From positions 32,001 to 96,000 of IMG/VR virus record IMGVR_UViG_3300023184_000048: a stretch of 64,000 nucleotides of DNA, one strand, 5' to 3'. Under the pieces are notes generated by a model, which was given only the letters and a program-made list of their open reading frames with translations, searched no databases and was not told where the DNA came from. Source of the DNA: a virus. This document shows, one piece after another, positions 39,133 through 48,745 of this stretch; positions within the stretch are counted from its first letter, which is position 1; each line of letters opens with the position of its first letter. A program made the position numbers and the translations under genes.

Positions 39133-39335
39133 TGAAGACTAATTGGGAAAAGATTGCTGATGATTTGTATAAATCATTGAAGAGAACTCCATATCATGAG
39201 TGTGGGGAGCTTGATCATGGTGGTGATAAATCTCATTATCATAAATGTGACGAATCTTGTCCTGTGATAAAAAAGATCGAGAAATCCATAGAAAATTATC
39301 AGAAGTTGAAAGAATTAAAAACTAAAATACAATAA
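39132..39335 (+). CDS. Hypothetical His/Cys-containing protein
   Basis: TAATG coupling to the ligase gene. Confidence 0.55.
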   Translation: MKTNWEKIADDLYKSLKRTPYHECGELDHGGDKSHYHKCDESCPVIKKIEKSIENYQKLKELKTKIQ

Positions 39336-39339
39336 GCTC

Positions 39340-39654
39340 ATGACAAGACGATATAGACTTACCAAAATCAAGGAGTGTGAAAATCCCGTAGTTAAAGCAG
39401 CACAAACACCAGCAGAATACAGAGCATCATTACACACTAATGATGAACTATCACCTTCTGTTGATTATTATGTAGAGGGTTATCCTCTGGACACTCCAAA
39501 AGTAAGAGAGAATTTTAACTTTTTTCGAGATAATCGAAATGGTGTAAAGATTGATGGAATTATGTCAACATCTACTGTTAGGCAAATTCATGATTTCGGT
39601 GATTACATGGAAATAACTACAAGTAATAGTGTTTACGTTTTGACAAAATTATGA
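39340..39654 (+). CDS. Hypothetical early protein
   Basis: ORF at early motif; TSTV...TTSNSVYVL. Confidence 0.65.
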   Translation: MTRRYRLTKIKECENPVVKAAQTPAEYRASLHTNDELSPSVDYYVEGYPLDTPKVRENFNFFRDNRNGVKIDGIMSTSTVRQIHDFGDYMEITTSNSVYVLTKL

Positions 39655-39947
39655 AAGCATACCCAGCATACTTCTCGAAAGATCTTTTAAATCAATTTGC
39701 CACAGATGAGACACGTAATGATATTTGGAAATGGTTGAATTATAATGCCCATGATAAAGGTTATGTGATGGTCTGCGAAGTTGATCAATATAGTTTGGAA
39801 TGTGAACCTTATGATTTTCAAACACAACCAGATCCAATTGTGGTCAAATTTTTGAATGATGTGCTGAAAGAATATGGTGAATGTCGTGACCATGATTCGA
39901 CGTTACCTAGCGGTGGATGGAAACAAATTGATATTATTGTGTTATGA
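39651..39947 (+). CDS. Hypothetical protein
   Basis: ATGA coupling. Confidence 0.6.
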   Translation: MKAYPAYFSKDLLNQFATDETRNDIWKWLNYNAHDKGYVMVCEVDQYSLECEPYDFQTQPDPIVVKFLNDVLKEYGECRDHDSTLPSGGWKQIDIIVL

Positions 39948-40720
39948 CAATCAAAGAACACGAAGCTTTTAAAAATTGTAAAGGAGAATTATTATTTTCC
40001 ATAATCGGAGGATCGCGTCTCTACGGAATCGAATTGCCAGATAGTGATTACGATGAAAGAGGAATTTTTCTAGCGACTGATAAGAAGTATACCACTGGAT
40101 TTGACACAATTGAAAGCATTGTTCAGACTGGTGATGTGGATTCTACTTATTATGAACTTGCTAGATATTTAAAATTACTCAGAAAGAGTAATACGCAAGT
40201 TATGGAGATTTTATTCGCTCCCGAATTGTCGATTGTTCACAATACTGAAATTTTTAAATATCTCAGAGAGAATAGATATTCATTGATTGACACACATGCT
40301 CTTAAAGCTTCTTTAAAGGGTTATGTGTATAGTGAGATAAAATTGGCGACGGGTGAGCGCAGTGGTCAACTTGGAGGTAAAAGAAAGGCTGCTGTTGAGA
40401 AATATGGATTCTCATTTAAAAACTTTGTCCAAATATTTCGATTGATTAAAGTTGGAAAATTATTCTTTACAAGTGGAGAGTATATGGTAAAAGTTAGAGA
40501 GTTTGATGAAGATTATCATAATTTCTTAATGGAAATTAAGACAGCCCCTGAAAATTTCACTTGTGAACAATTGAGTAAAATAGTTGATAAAGAATTTGAA
40601 AAACTGGTGAAGGTTATGGATGAATCAAAAATTAATTTCAAATTTGATGTGGAACTAGCTGCGGATATTGTTGAAAGTGCAAGATATCATTATTGTGGAA
40701 CAGATCCTTCTTGGGGTTGA
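39944..40720 (+). CDS. Nucleotidyltransferase (Pol-beta superfamily, T4 NrdC.11-like)
   Basis: GGSRLYG...DSDYDERGIF, KSNTQVMEILF. Confidence 0.85.
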   Translation: MTIKEHEAFKNCKGELLFSIIGGSRLYGIELPDSDYDERGIFLATDKKYTTGFDTIESIVQTGDVDSTYYELARYLKLLRKSNTQVMEILFAPELSIVHNTEIFKYLRENRYSLIDTHALKASLKGYVYSEIKLATGERSGQLGGKRKAAVEKYGFSFKNFVQIFRLIKVGKLFFTSGEYMVKVREFDEDYHNFLMEIKTAPENFTCEQLSKIVDKEFEKLVKVMDESKINFKFDVELAADIVESARYHYCGTDPSWG

Positions 40721-40745
40721 TTAAAAACTAGAATATAATAAACAT

Positions 40746-41354
40746 ATGCCAACAGGATATACAGCAAGCGTAGGTGATGGTGAGGTAACAGAATTTAGAG
40801 ATTTTGCACTTACATGTGCAAGAAATTTTGGTGCATGTTTTCATCAAAGAGATGATAATCAAAAAGATCTACCAAAATTACAAGAGGTCAGTGATTATCA
40901 TCTTACTGCAAAGAATGAATATGTTCTTTATCTGAAGAATCTTAAGAGATTATCTGATAAAAGTTATATTGAACGCTACAAGGTTAAATTCTTTAATGAT
41001 CAATTACATGTTAGGGAAAACATTCAAGATAAAATTAATACCAAGCTAAATTATGAAAAGATGCTGGAAGCTGTAAAAAATTGGACCCCACCAACACCAG
41101 ACCATGACAATATGAAGAATTTCATGATCTCACAATTGACAGAATCTATTGACTGGGATTGTGATTTAGATTATTATAATCGAGAGCTTGAAAGGCAACC
41201 TCTTTCAGATGAAGATATTTTAATTGCTAAAGCTGAAGAGATTGAACGACTTGAGAGGGATATTGAATATCACACTAACAAATATAAAGAAGAAGTTGAA
41301 CGTATTAATAAGAGTAATGAATGGATTCTTGAACTATATAAATCACTAGAATGA
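40746..41354 (+). CDS. Conserved phage hypothetical protein
   Basis: MPTGYT...DFALTCARNFGA N terminus. Confidence 0.65.
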   Translation: MPTGYTASVGDGEVTEFRDFALTCARNFGACFHQRDDNQKDLPKLQEVSDYHLTAKNEYVLYLKNLKRLSDKSYIERYKVKFFNDQLHVRENIQDKINTKLNYEKMLEAVKNWTPPTPDHDNMKNFMISQLTESIDWDCDLDYYNRELERQPLSDEDILIAKAEEIERLERDIEYHTNKYKEEVERINKSNEWILELYKSLE

Positions 41355-41971
41355 ATTACTTTTTTGTTAGACACCAAAAATCTAAGGGTAACTTGGACCC
41401 CTCATTGTATCATATAATGAACGATCATGAGATTGATCTATGTCATGAACATGATCATCAATCAGAAAATGCTGCTGATAAAATTGTAGACTTGGCAGAT
41501 CTTCACGGTGTGAGGGATAGATTATTTCATCTTTACCATTCTCCATTTCTGAGAACTAGAAAGACCAAGAATCTAATTCTAAAAGAATTAGCATATGATT
41601 ACATTTTTCCAACAGTAAACGAAAATCCACTTTTGGGGGAGCGTAGGTGGGGAGATTTGAGGAATATAATCGAAAGAGAGGATAATACTGATAAGTATTT
41701 TGATTTTTATTATCAACCTTTAGATGGAGAGTCATTCATGGATTGTTATCATAGATGTGTCACTTTTGATAATATGTTAAAACATCAAGTTTCTAACAAA
41801 GATAATGTTATTATTATTGGTCATGGTGAACAGATCAGGTGTTATCTGATGCATTTACTTGGGTGGACATTGGAAGAATTTAATGAACACAAAAATCCAG
41901 AAAATTGTGAGGTGATCATGGTGAAAGATGGTGTATTGGAAACTTCTTTGAGAAAGAGAATTAAAAACTAG
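41351..41971 (+). CDS. Histidine phosphatase (phosphoglycerate mutase family)
   Basis: VRH, SPFLRT, LGERRWG, GESF, IGHG motifs. Confidence 0.85.
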   Translation: MNYFFVRHQKSKGNLDPSLYHIMNDHEIDLCHEHDHQSENAADKIVDLADLHGVRDRLFHLYHSPFLRTRKTKNLILKELAYDYIFPTVNENPLLGERRWGDLRNIIEREDNTDKYFDFYYQPLDGESFMDCYHRCVTFDNMLKHQVSNKDNVIIIGHGEQIRCYLMHLLGWTLEEFNEHKNPENCEVIMVKDGVLETSLRKRIKN

Positions 41972-41985
41972 AATATAATACGAAT

Positions 41986-42363
41986 ATGACATGGATTGAA
42001 ATTACATTTTGGGTGCTCCTTTTTGGAGTGTTTATAATTGGGTGTATTGTATCTGATAATGATAGTCCACTATTCATACTACTGCCATTTATGTTTATTA
42101 TGGTATTCGGAGCATTGCCATATCTGATCATTAGGGAGAACACAGAAGTTGTTATGGTGAAAGAGGAACCAGTAAAAATTTTATCAAATGTAATGGTTGA
42201 TGGAAAGATGGTTATAATCACTGATACTGCTGAAAAGGTGGAGTTCACCGAATATAAAGATGTGATAGATATTAATTCTGGTAAGCAATTGATCAAGAGA
42301 TTTTATAAAAAGGATGTTTATTACGGTCCTGATTCTTCTTGGGATAAAATTGAAATAAAATGA
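41986..42363 (+). CDS. Membrane protein
   Basis: Two N-terminal TM segments; early motif. Confidence 0.65.
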   Translation: MTWIEITFWVLLFGVFIIGCIVSDNDSPLFILLPFMFIMVFGALPYLIIRENTEVVMVKEEPVKILSNVMVDGKMVIITDTAEKVEFTEYKDVIDINSGKQLIKRFYKKDVYYGPDSSWDKIEIK

Positions 42364-42707
42364 GCACAAATATACATATAAATTCTACAGGTGTTGTCAA
42401 AACTCCTAATGGCTCGGATAAAGAAATTTACAAACCATTTAATTGCTGGCAAACACCTTCAAAAGATACAACTTGGATTATGGATCAAAAAGATCGCCTT
42501 CAAGCTTATAAAGATTGGGTAATGTCGAGAGAATGTATTGAAATGGAAGATATCCATGATATCTTTACGTGGGATGATGAGACTGACTATTATAAGGTAA
42601 TAGGACAACAACCATATTCTGCCGCTAAAGAACATATCAAGGACTTGGAAGAATTTGTAGAAACAGAAGAGTCTTTGGGGTTTAATTTGAATGTAGTATC
42701 TTGGTAA
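42360..42707 (+). CDS. Hypothetical protein
   Basis: FNCWQTPS pattern; ORF track. Confidence 0.6.
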   Translation: MSTNIHINSTGVVKTPNGSDKEIYKPFNCWQTPSKDTTWIMDQKDRLQAYKDWVMSRECIEMEDIHDIFTWDDETDYYKVIGQQPYSAAKEHIKDLEEFVETEESLGFNLNVVSW

Positions 42708-42709
42708 TT

Positions 42710-43243
42710 ATGAGTCGTAAATATTTCACAGGGATTGGATCACGTTCTTGTCCTAAAAATATTGGTAAAGAGATGACCATTCTTGCTTCTGAATTGGAAG
42801 AAATGGGATATTGGTTGCTTTCTGGATGTGCTGATGGAGCGGATAGTTTTTTCCAAAATGGTGTTAAAAATAATGCTCAAATCCTATTACCTTGGGAAGA
42901 TTTTAATGTTGAACAACAACGTAAACATCCAACTCATGAATATCTTTTGAATGATAATGATGAAGAGGCTGATAGAATGGTTGAACAATTTCATGCTGCT
43001 CCTAAGAATTTAAATGATACTACTAGGAAATTTCATAGAAGAAATATTAGACAAATCTTGCCTATTGGAGAAAACCCATCAGAGTTTGTAATATATTGGA
43101 CACCAGAAGGTAATTGGCAAGGTGGAACAAAAACAGCTTTGGAATGTGCTAAATTTCATGGTATACCAACCTTTAGTATGTATCATTTGACCAGACAAGA
43201 AATCCTGAAAGAAATTGAGAAGTTGAATTTTCTCTATAATTAA
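42710..43243 (+). CDS. SLOG-superfamily (DprA/YpsA-like Rossmann) nucleotide-binding protein
   Basis: FTGIGSR, LSGCADGADSFF, RRN, GGTKTA motifs. Confidence 0.7.
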   Translation: MSRKYFTGIGSRSCPKNIGKEMTILASELEEMGYWLLSGCADGADSFFQNGVKNNAQILLPWEDFNVEQQRKHPTHEYLLNDNDEEADRMVEQFHAAPKNLNDTTRKFHRRNIRQILPIGENPSEFVIYWTPEGNWQGGTKTALECAKFHGIPTFSMYHLTRQEILKEIEKLNFLYN

Positions 43244-43264
43244 AAACTAAAATATAATACAAAT

Positions 43265-43675
43265 ATGAAAAACATTATAATACTCAGATCGTGTTCGAGT
43301 GCTGGTAAAAGTTCCTTCGCTAAACTCCTATGCCAACAAATTGGTTGGGTTGAGTGCAATGCTGATTTCTTCTTTGAAGATAAAGAAGGAAATTATAATT
43401 TTGATTTCAATAAGATTGGTGATGCTCATGCTCAGTGTCGTAAAAGTTTCATGGAAGCTTTAAAAGAGTCCACTGTCACTGGAATTGTTGTGAGTAATAC
43501 CAACGTTGAAGAAAAGCAATGGAAGTTTTATGAAGATGAGGCTAAGAAGGTTGGAGCAAGAGTTACTTTTTTGGTTATCGAAAAAAGGCATGATGGCGAA
43601 AATAATCATAACGTTCCAGAGACTTCTCTTCAGAGTCAGGAAGACAGAATTAGGAATAGTTTAAAACTGAGGTAA
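43265..43675 (+). CDS. P-loop kinase (polynucleotide kinase/AAA_33-like)
   Basis: IIILRSCSSAGKS degenerate Walker A, NADFFF, IVVSNTN, HNVP. Confidence 0.75.
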   Translation: MKNIIILRSCSSAGKSSFAKLLCQQIGWVECNADFFFEDKEGNYNFDFNKIGDAHAQCRKSFMEALKESTVTGIVVSNTNVEEKQWKFYEDEAKKVGARVTFLVIEKRHDGENNHNVPETSLQSQEDRIRNSLKLR

Positions 43676-43676
43676 T

Positions 43677-43895
43677 ATGAAAAAGCAAATCAGAATCAAA
43701 AAGGGTATTCAAACTATTGAAGAATATGGATCTCTTGGATGTAAAAATAATTTACACGAAGTCTTAGTTCTCTTGAAAGGTTTGGAGTTTACTGAAGAGG
43801 ATTATAAATTGGTGACTTTTAAACCAGATTTTAGTTCATGTCATTATGAGGGTGATCGACCAGATGTTAGAATGGAATGGCCAAATATTTATTAA
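43677..43895 (+). CDS. Hypothetical protein
   Basis: ORF track. Confidence 0.55.
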   Translation: MKKQIRIKKGIQTIEEYGSLGCKNNLHEVLVLLKGLEFTEEDYKLVTFKPDFSSCHYEGDRPDVRMEWPNIY

Positions 43896-43916
43896 AAACT
43901 AGTCTATAATATTCAT

Positions 43917-44357
43917 ATGTTGGATGCAGAAGGAATCATCAAAGTTGAACACGGTCAAAGAATGGTTGTTGACCTCGATGAAGATTTTACCAAATATTAC
44001 AGCTATTTTATTCAACAGCGTTATTGGGTCAAGCCTTCATTGCCTCTTCACGGAAGTCATATCACTTTAACTAACAAAAAGTTTCATAAGGATGTTGATT
44101 GGGATCGAGGACTTGATTATCATGGACAAATTCTTAAATTCCAATATGATCCATATTTGATGGAAGGTGGATTTTTGAAAGGTTTTATCATGTTTTATGT
44201 AAAAGTATATTCTGATGAAATTGATCAAATCAAAAAAGACATTGGTGTGATTGAGCCTGATAATTTTAGAGGAAGTCATGTTACAATAGCCAGTATCGGT
44301 AAGTCTGGTGGTGGAGTAAAATTATATTGGCCAGAATTAATAACAATCAAAGGATAA
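43917..44357 (+). CDS. 2H phosphoesterase-like protein
   Basis: Two HxT motifs, SHITL and SHVTI. Confidence 0.6.
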   Translation: MLDAEGIIKVEHGQRMVVDLDEDFTKYYSYFIQQRYWVKPSLPLHGSHITLTNKKFHKDVDWDRGLDYHGQILKFQYDPYLMEGGFLKGFIMFYVKVYSDEIDQIKKDIGVIEPDNFRGSHVTIASIGKSGGGVKLYWPELITIKG

Positions 44358-44361
44358 AATT

Positions 44362-44649
44362 ATGATACATAGAGACGGATACACTGAATATAATAATGAG
44401 GAATTGAAGAAGCAAAACACCCGAGAATTATTGGCACACTTTGACAATATTCGCGCATATAGACAAAATGCTTTTAAGCATGTCGAATATCAACAAGAGC
44501 GATTAAAAGAGGCAGAATGGTCATTGAAACTTTATGATAATTATTTGGTGGAGTTGAAGGATATCCTTTCAACAAGAGAAAATATTCCAAATAAACAAGA
44601 AGCTAAAGCTATCCGACAACAACAAGCAAAAGATAAGAAAAATCGGTAA
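44362..44649 (+). CDS. Hypothetical coiled-coil protein
   Basis: ORF track. Confidence 0.55.
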   Translation: MIHRDGYTEYNNEELKKQNTRELLAHFDNIRAYRQNAFKHVEYQQERLKEAEWSLKLYDNYLVELKDILSTRENIPNKQEAKAIRQQQAKDKKNR

Positions 44650-44674
44650 TTAAAAACTAGGATATAATACTCGT

Positions 44675-45121
44675 ATGAATATTAGAGAACAAGCACTTGC
44701 CTTTGCCACTAAAGCACATAAAGGACAATTTAGAAAGAACAGTAAGTTGGAATATATCACACATCCGATTGCTGTTGCTGAAATTGCTGAAAAACTATAT
44801 GTCGATTATTTGGGAACAGATAAAACAGATGATGTTTATGTTGCAGCGATTCTTCATGATGTGATTGAAGACACTAAATTCACGTATGAAGATATCGAAA
44901 AAGAATTTGATGGTTTTATAGCAAACAGGGTTAAAGGGTTAACTAGAGGAGAGGGTGAGTCATATTTCGATATGATTATGAGAATTTCTGAAGGTTACTT
45001 CATGGATGCCATCATAAAATTAGCTGATAACATTCACAATTCATCTGATCTGAAGGAGGGATCTTTAAAAGATAAATATCGCTTTTCGCAACATATATTA
45101 AGAAGTAGATTTGAAACATAA
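44675..45121 (+). CDS. HD-domain hydrolase, SpoT/Mesh1-like
   Basis: AHKGQFRK..YITHP, AILHDVIED, IKLADNIHN. Confidence 0.85.
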   Translation: MNIREQALAFATKAHKGQFRKNSKLEYITHPIAVAEIAEKLYVDYLGTDKTDDVYVAAILHDVIEDTKFTYEDIEKEFDGFIANRVKGLTRGEGESYFDMIMRISEGYFMDAIIKLADNIHNSSDLKEGSLKDKYRFSQHILRSRFET

Positions 45122-45122
45122 T

Positions 45123-45434
45123 ATGCAAGTAATTATTACAAAAGTCAAAACTGTCGATATTGATTTGGATGCTGAACGTAAGAAAATCAAGAAAGGCTTT
45201 AATAAGAAATCCGAAAGAATCTATCGTGATAAGCTTCTTGAAGTGATTGATATATTTGAACGGGATGGATTTAATATGGCATGTGACGCTTATGATGAAC
45301 TACCCTATAATGAAGTGGATGAATACCCTCTACAAGAGAGTATGGGTATTTGGTGGTGGCAAATTGTCAATGATCAGAGTTTTAATTATCATGATAATGT
45401 CAAGCATCAGTATAAGATGGAAATAATTAAATGA
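45123..45434 (+). CDS. Hypothetical protein
   Basis: ORF track; start uncertain. Confidence 0.55.
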   Translation: MQVIITKVKTVDIDLDAERKKIKKGFNKKSERIYRDKLLEVIDIFERDGFNMACDAYDELPYNEVDEYPLQESMGIWWWQIVNDQSFNYHDNVKHQYKMEIIK

Positions 45435-45730
45435 CTAATTTAGAAATAGCGAAAGATATTCAAAAAGCTTATAAGCTTTTACTGGATAAAACGTCTTGGA
45501 AAGCGACCACGGGTAGTCATAAGGCTGCTTGTGATGTTATCAGCCAAATGACATCATATCATTTAGCTTTGAAAGCTTTTGGTTATATGACTAATGATGA
45601 AGGAAAATTGGTGAAATATAAACCAAGAGTCTTATCGGAATATGAACAACTGGTAATGAATACTACCTCTGGGAAAGAATCAGATGCTCAGAAACTGTTA
45701 GATTATATCTATACACACGGAATACAATAA
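45431..45730 (+). CDS. Hypothetical protein
   Basis: ATGA coupling. Confidence 0.55.
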   Translation: MTNLEIAKDIQKAYKLLLDKTSWKATTGSHKAACDVISQMTSYHLALKAFGYMTNDEGKLVKYKPRVLSEYEQLVMNTTSGKESDAQKLLDYIYTHGIQ

Positions 45731-45755
45731 TTAAAAACTAGAATATAATCACAAC

Positions 45756-46847
45756 ATGAAAATCAAATTTAATGATTACAATTTGGAGGGTTTTAATAAG
45801 AAAGAGGTGTTGTTTTGTGGTATCGAAGCAATTTTAATCACTCCTGATGATATTAAGTCTAAGTTTACCCAAGATAATAAGATCTTCAGATCATCAATTT
45901 GGTCCAGAGACGGTGAATTATTATCAGCTTCGTTTCCTAAGTTCAAAAATGCAGGTGAAGACCCTGATAATTTTCCAATGCCTAAATCTTTGGATGGTGT
46001 TGGTATCGTTACTAAAATCGATGGATCTACTTGTATTGTTGATTTTGTCAATGGTGAATTTTCAATGAGAACCAGAGGAGTTTCATCATACTTGACACAG
46101 GCTAATTATAAAGATTTTGAGTTCTGTATTGAGAAGTATCCCAAAATCAAAGCTAGTATAATGAACAATCCTGATTATTCGTTTATCTTTGAAATTGTCA
46201 CACCAAACCAAAAAATTGTTCTTGATTATGGCCCTGAGCCAGATGTTATCTTGATCGGTGCTATTGATAAGAATCAGTATTGGATTGTGGAACAACGATA
46301 TCTTGATAATCTAGCTGAAGCTATTGGTGTCAAACGTCCAGAATATCATAATTTTGATTCATTTGAAGATATTTACGAATTTTGTAAAATCAATAGAACT
46401 ATCGAAGGGTTTTGTTTATATTTTAATAATGGTCAATCGATTGTGAAGGTGAAGACTGATTTTTACCTAGCATTGCATCGTCTCTTTTCGGGAATGAAGA
46501 CTATCGGTAATGTGATTGATGTGTTCCTCACAACCCCAAGGTTTACGAAGTATTCAGATTTTTATGAATTTATCTGTGTAAATATGGACTTTGAGTTAGC
46601 TGAACGTTGTAAGGATGATATCCTGAAGGTTGTCGTAGCTTATTGTAAGGTTCTGGAAAAAATTGAAATGATTAAAAATGTGATCAATAATGTTCGGGGT
46701 GATTCATTCACTCGTAAGGAACAAGCTTTAGACATCATGCAACATTATGGTGGGGATATAAGACAAAAAATAGCATTTTTGTTATTGGATGATAAACCAA
46801 TACCGGATAATATTTTAAAGATGTTTATAGAACATGAGTTACAATAG
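45756..46847 (+). CDS. RNA ligase, T4 Rnl1-like
   Basis: SFPKFKN, TKIDGS motif I, FIFEI, IEGFCL, VKVKTDFY. Confidence 0.85.
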   Translation: MKIKFNDYNLEGFNKKEVLFCGIEAILITPDDIKSKFTQDNKIFRSSIWSRDGELLSASFPKFKNAGEDPDNFPMPKSLDGVGIVTKIDGSTCIVDFVNGEFSMRTRGVSSYLTQANYKDFEFCIEKYPKIKASIMNNPDYSFIFEIVTPNQKIVLDYGPEPDVILIGAIDKNQYWIVEQRYLDNLAEAIGVKRPEYHNFDSFEDIYEFCKINRTIEGFCLYFNNGQSIVKVKTDFYLALHRLFSGMKTIGNVIDVFLTTPRFTKYSDFYEFICVNMDFELAERCKDDILKVVVAYCKVLEKIEMIKNVINNVRGDSFTRKEQALDIMQHYGGDIRQKIAFLLLDDKPIPDNILKMFIEHELQ

Positions 46848-47651
46848 TTTGAACTTACACTTATCAAAGTGCCACCTAGTTGAATTTTGTGGTGTTAATG
46901 ATAAATTACAATGTGGGCAGGATACTTTAGATCTATTGTTAGCTGAATCCCGTATATTTTCAATTTGAGCTTGAGTCCTCTTCAACCCTCTAATTTTAGA
47001 GGCTCCCTTTTCCACAGAATCTCTTGATCTTTTTTTACCTTTATGAGATTTAGAAATTTTATCTCTAGTTTCCTGTGGAATAGTTTTCCCTAAGTTTCTT
47101 AATCTATTCTTTTCTATGTCCTCCAGTGATCTCTTCTTACCTTTTTGTGCTATAGACATTTTAATTTTTGATTCTTCTGTGTGTTTTTGGCCCAATCTAT
47201 TTGTGTTTCCCATTTTAGATAATGATAATTTTCTTTTTCTTTCGTCAGATGCTTTGTGACCCAAACAATAGGTGTTTCCTTTATGAAAATTTGATATTTT
47301 TCGTTTCGTTTCTTCTGTATGTTTCCTACCCAACCAAACTTTTGAGTTGGAACCCCTTTCAGATATATTATAACCATGAGGAGCAATTGTATTAAATCTC
47401 TTAATTAATTCTTCTTCCAAATTTAAAAGATCATCCTTGGAAAAATTGGGGAGATACTCAATATACACACTAAAATTATCGATGCCGTATTTTACAAATG
47501 CCTTATGAATTACTTGCTCCTTTCTATTTTTATGACTATTCAATCTTTTATGTATATTAACAGATTCTCCAATATAATGCTTATTGTTTATCGTGTTTGT
47601 TATTATATACACACCTCTTTCCTTTTTCAAATCTTTAAAAGATATCCCCAT
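46839..47651 (-). CDS. GIY-YIG homing endonuclease with NUMOD3 repeats and C-terminal Zn finger
   Basis: GVYIITNTINNKHYIGES; repeated KHTEETKRKIS-type units; CPHC...HFDKC; ATG 5 nt after TAAATA. Confidence 0.9.
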   Translation of the reverse strand: MGISFKDLKKERGVYIITNTINNKHYIGESVNIHKRLNSHKNRKEQVIHKAFVKYGIDNFSVYIEYLPNFSKDDLLNLEEELIKRFNTIAPHGYNISERGSNSKVWLGRKHTEETKRKISNFHKGNTYCLGHKASDERKRKLSLSKMGNTNRLGQKHTEESKIKMSIAQKGKKRSLEDIEKNRLRNLGKTIPQETRDKISKSHKGKKRSRDSVEKGASKIRGLKRTQAQIENIRDSANNRSKVSCPHCNLSLTPQNSTRWHFDKCKFKLL

Positions 47652-47714
47652 ATTACTATTTAACAACTTTATATACTTTTGATATTCAGGTATCTAAAAA
47701 CTAGATCAAAATCC

Positions 47715-47813
47715 GGTTTCAAAAAGTCGATGGCATTCCTTTTGCTTGACAATAAGGAGATCCCTGATACTTTGTTGAGGACAGCGATTGAAGAAACGAT
47801 TGAAAAGATCTAA
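47715..47813 (+). pseudogene. Orphan 3' end of an RNA ligase allele
   Basis: GFKKSMAFLLLDNKEIPDTLLRTAIEETIEKI* aligns with the ligase C terminus IRQKIAFLLLDDKPIPDNILKMFIEHELQ*. Confidence 0.8.
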
Positions 47814-47842
47814 ATTAAAAACTAAAACATAATAAACATACA

Positions 47843-48745
47843 ATGAACACGACACAGAAAAAACAAAATAGGAACAGTGATTTTTTTGAAGACCTTATCA
47901 AAGGATCTACAAAATCGTTCATCCCTAAAAAAGTTAAGACAAAACAAGCAGAATGGATTACAATTAATCCACTTCAGAGTAAGCATATTCTGAAGTTTTA
48001 TAATAACGGAAATCGTCGTCCTTCGAAAAATCAAGTTCTCAAATATTCCAAGGATATGGAGAATGATAACTGGAAGGAGACTGGAGAACCGATTTCATTC
48101 GATAAAAATGGAAATGTTATCAATGGTCAACATAGACTTTATGGAATGATTCTGGCAGACAAAGAATATGAATTTCTGGTAAACTATGGTCTAGATCGAG
48201 AAGTGTTTGATGTTATTGATAATGGTTTGATTCGACCCAATTCAACAATCCTAGAGTTGGAAGGTCATTCGGATACTGTCAATCTATCTGCTCTCGTTCG
48301 TGCCATCATTGCTTACACCGATAATGGTAATTATGATGCGAAAGATTTCAAAGGAGTCAATCAAATTACCATTAGTCAAATCAAAGATTATCTGAAGGAT
48401 AATGAGGATGTGGTAGATTATCTTGATCGATATAAGAAAAGTGCGGTTGTGTCATGTTCAATTTCGTCTTTTTGTTATTGGTTACTTTCCACTGTTGATA
48501 AGACCGAAGCTGAAAATTATTTGGATATGGTTTTTATGGGATATGGACTGACCCCAAACACCATCGAGCATTATCTTTTTGATAAACTTCAACGTAACAA
48601 GAATGCAACACAAAACAAAATGACCAAGACTGCCATCATCTGTAATGTTATTCTTGGTTGGAGACGTTATATGGGATGGTCTAAGACTAAAGCTATGCAA
48701 ATCACTTGGGATGTTCGCAAAGGCTTTCCAAAGCCAACAGAATAA
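47843..48745 (+). CDS. ParB/Srx-like N-terminal domain protein
   Basis: NRRP...YSKDM...W..TGEPISF...NGQHRL motif. Confidence 0.65.
   Translation: MNTTQKKQNRNSDFFEDLIKGSTKSFIPKKVKTKQAEWITINPLQSKHILKFYNNGNRRPSKNQVLKYSKDMENDNWKETGEPISFDKNGNVINGQHRLYGMILADKEYEFLVNYGLDREVFDVIDNGLIRPNSTILELEGHSDTVNLSALVRAIIAYTDNGNYDAKDFKGVNQITISQIKDYLKDNEDVVDYLDRYKKSAVVSCSISSFCYWLLSTVDKTEAENYLDMVFMGYGLTPNTIEHYLFDKLQRNKNATQNKMTKTAIICNVILGWRRYMGWSKTKAMQITWDVRKGFPKPTE

Noticed and set aside
47693-47712. TAAAAACTAGATCAAAAT as another early promoter
   Set aside because: No good -10 hexamer and no ATG at the 6-nt spacing; lies within the ligase remnant region
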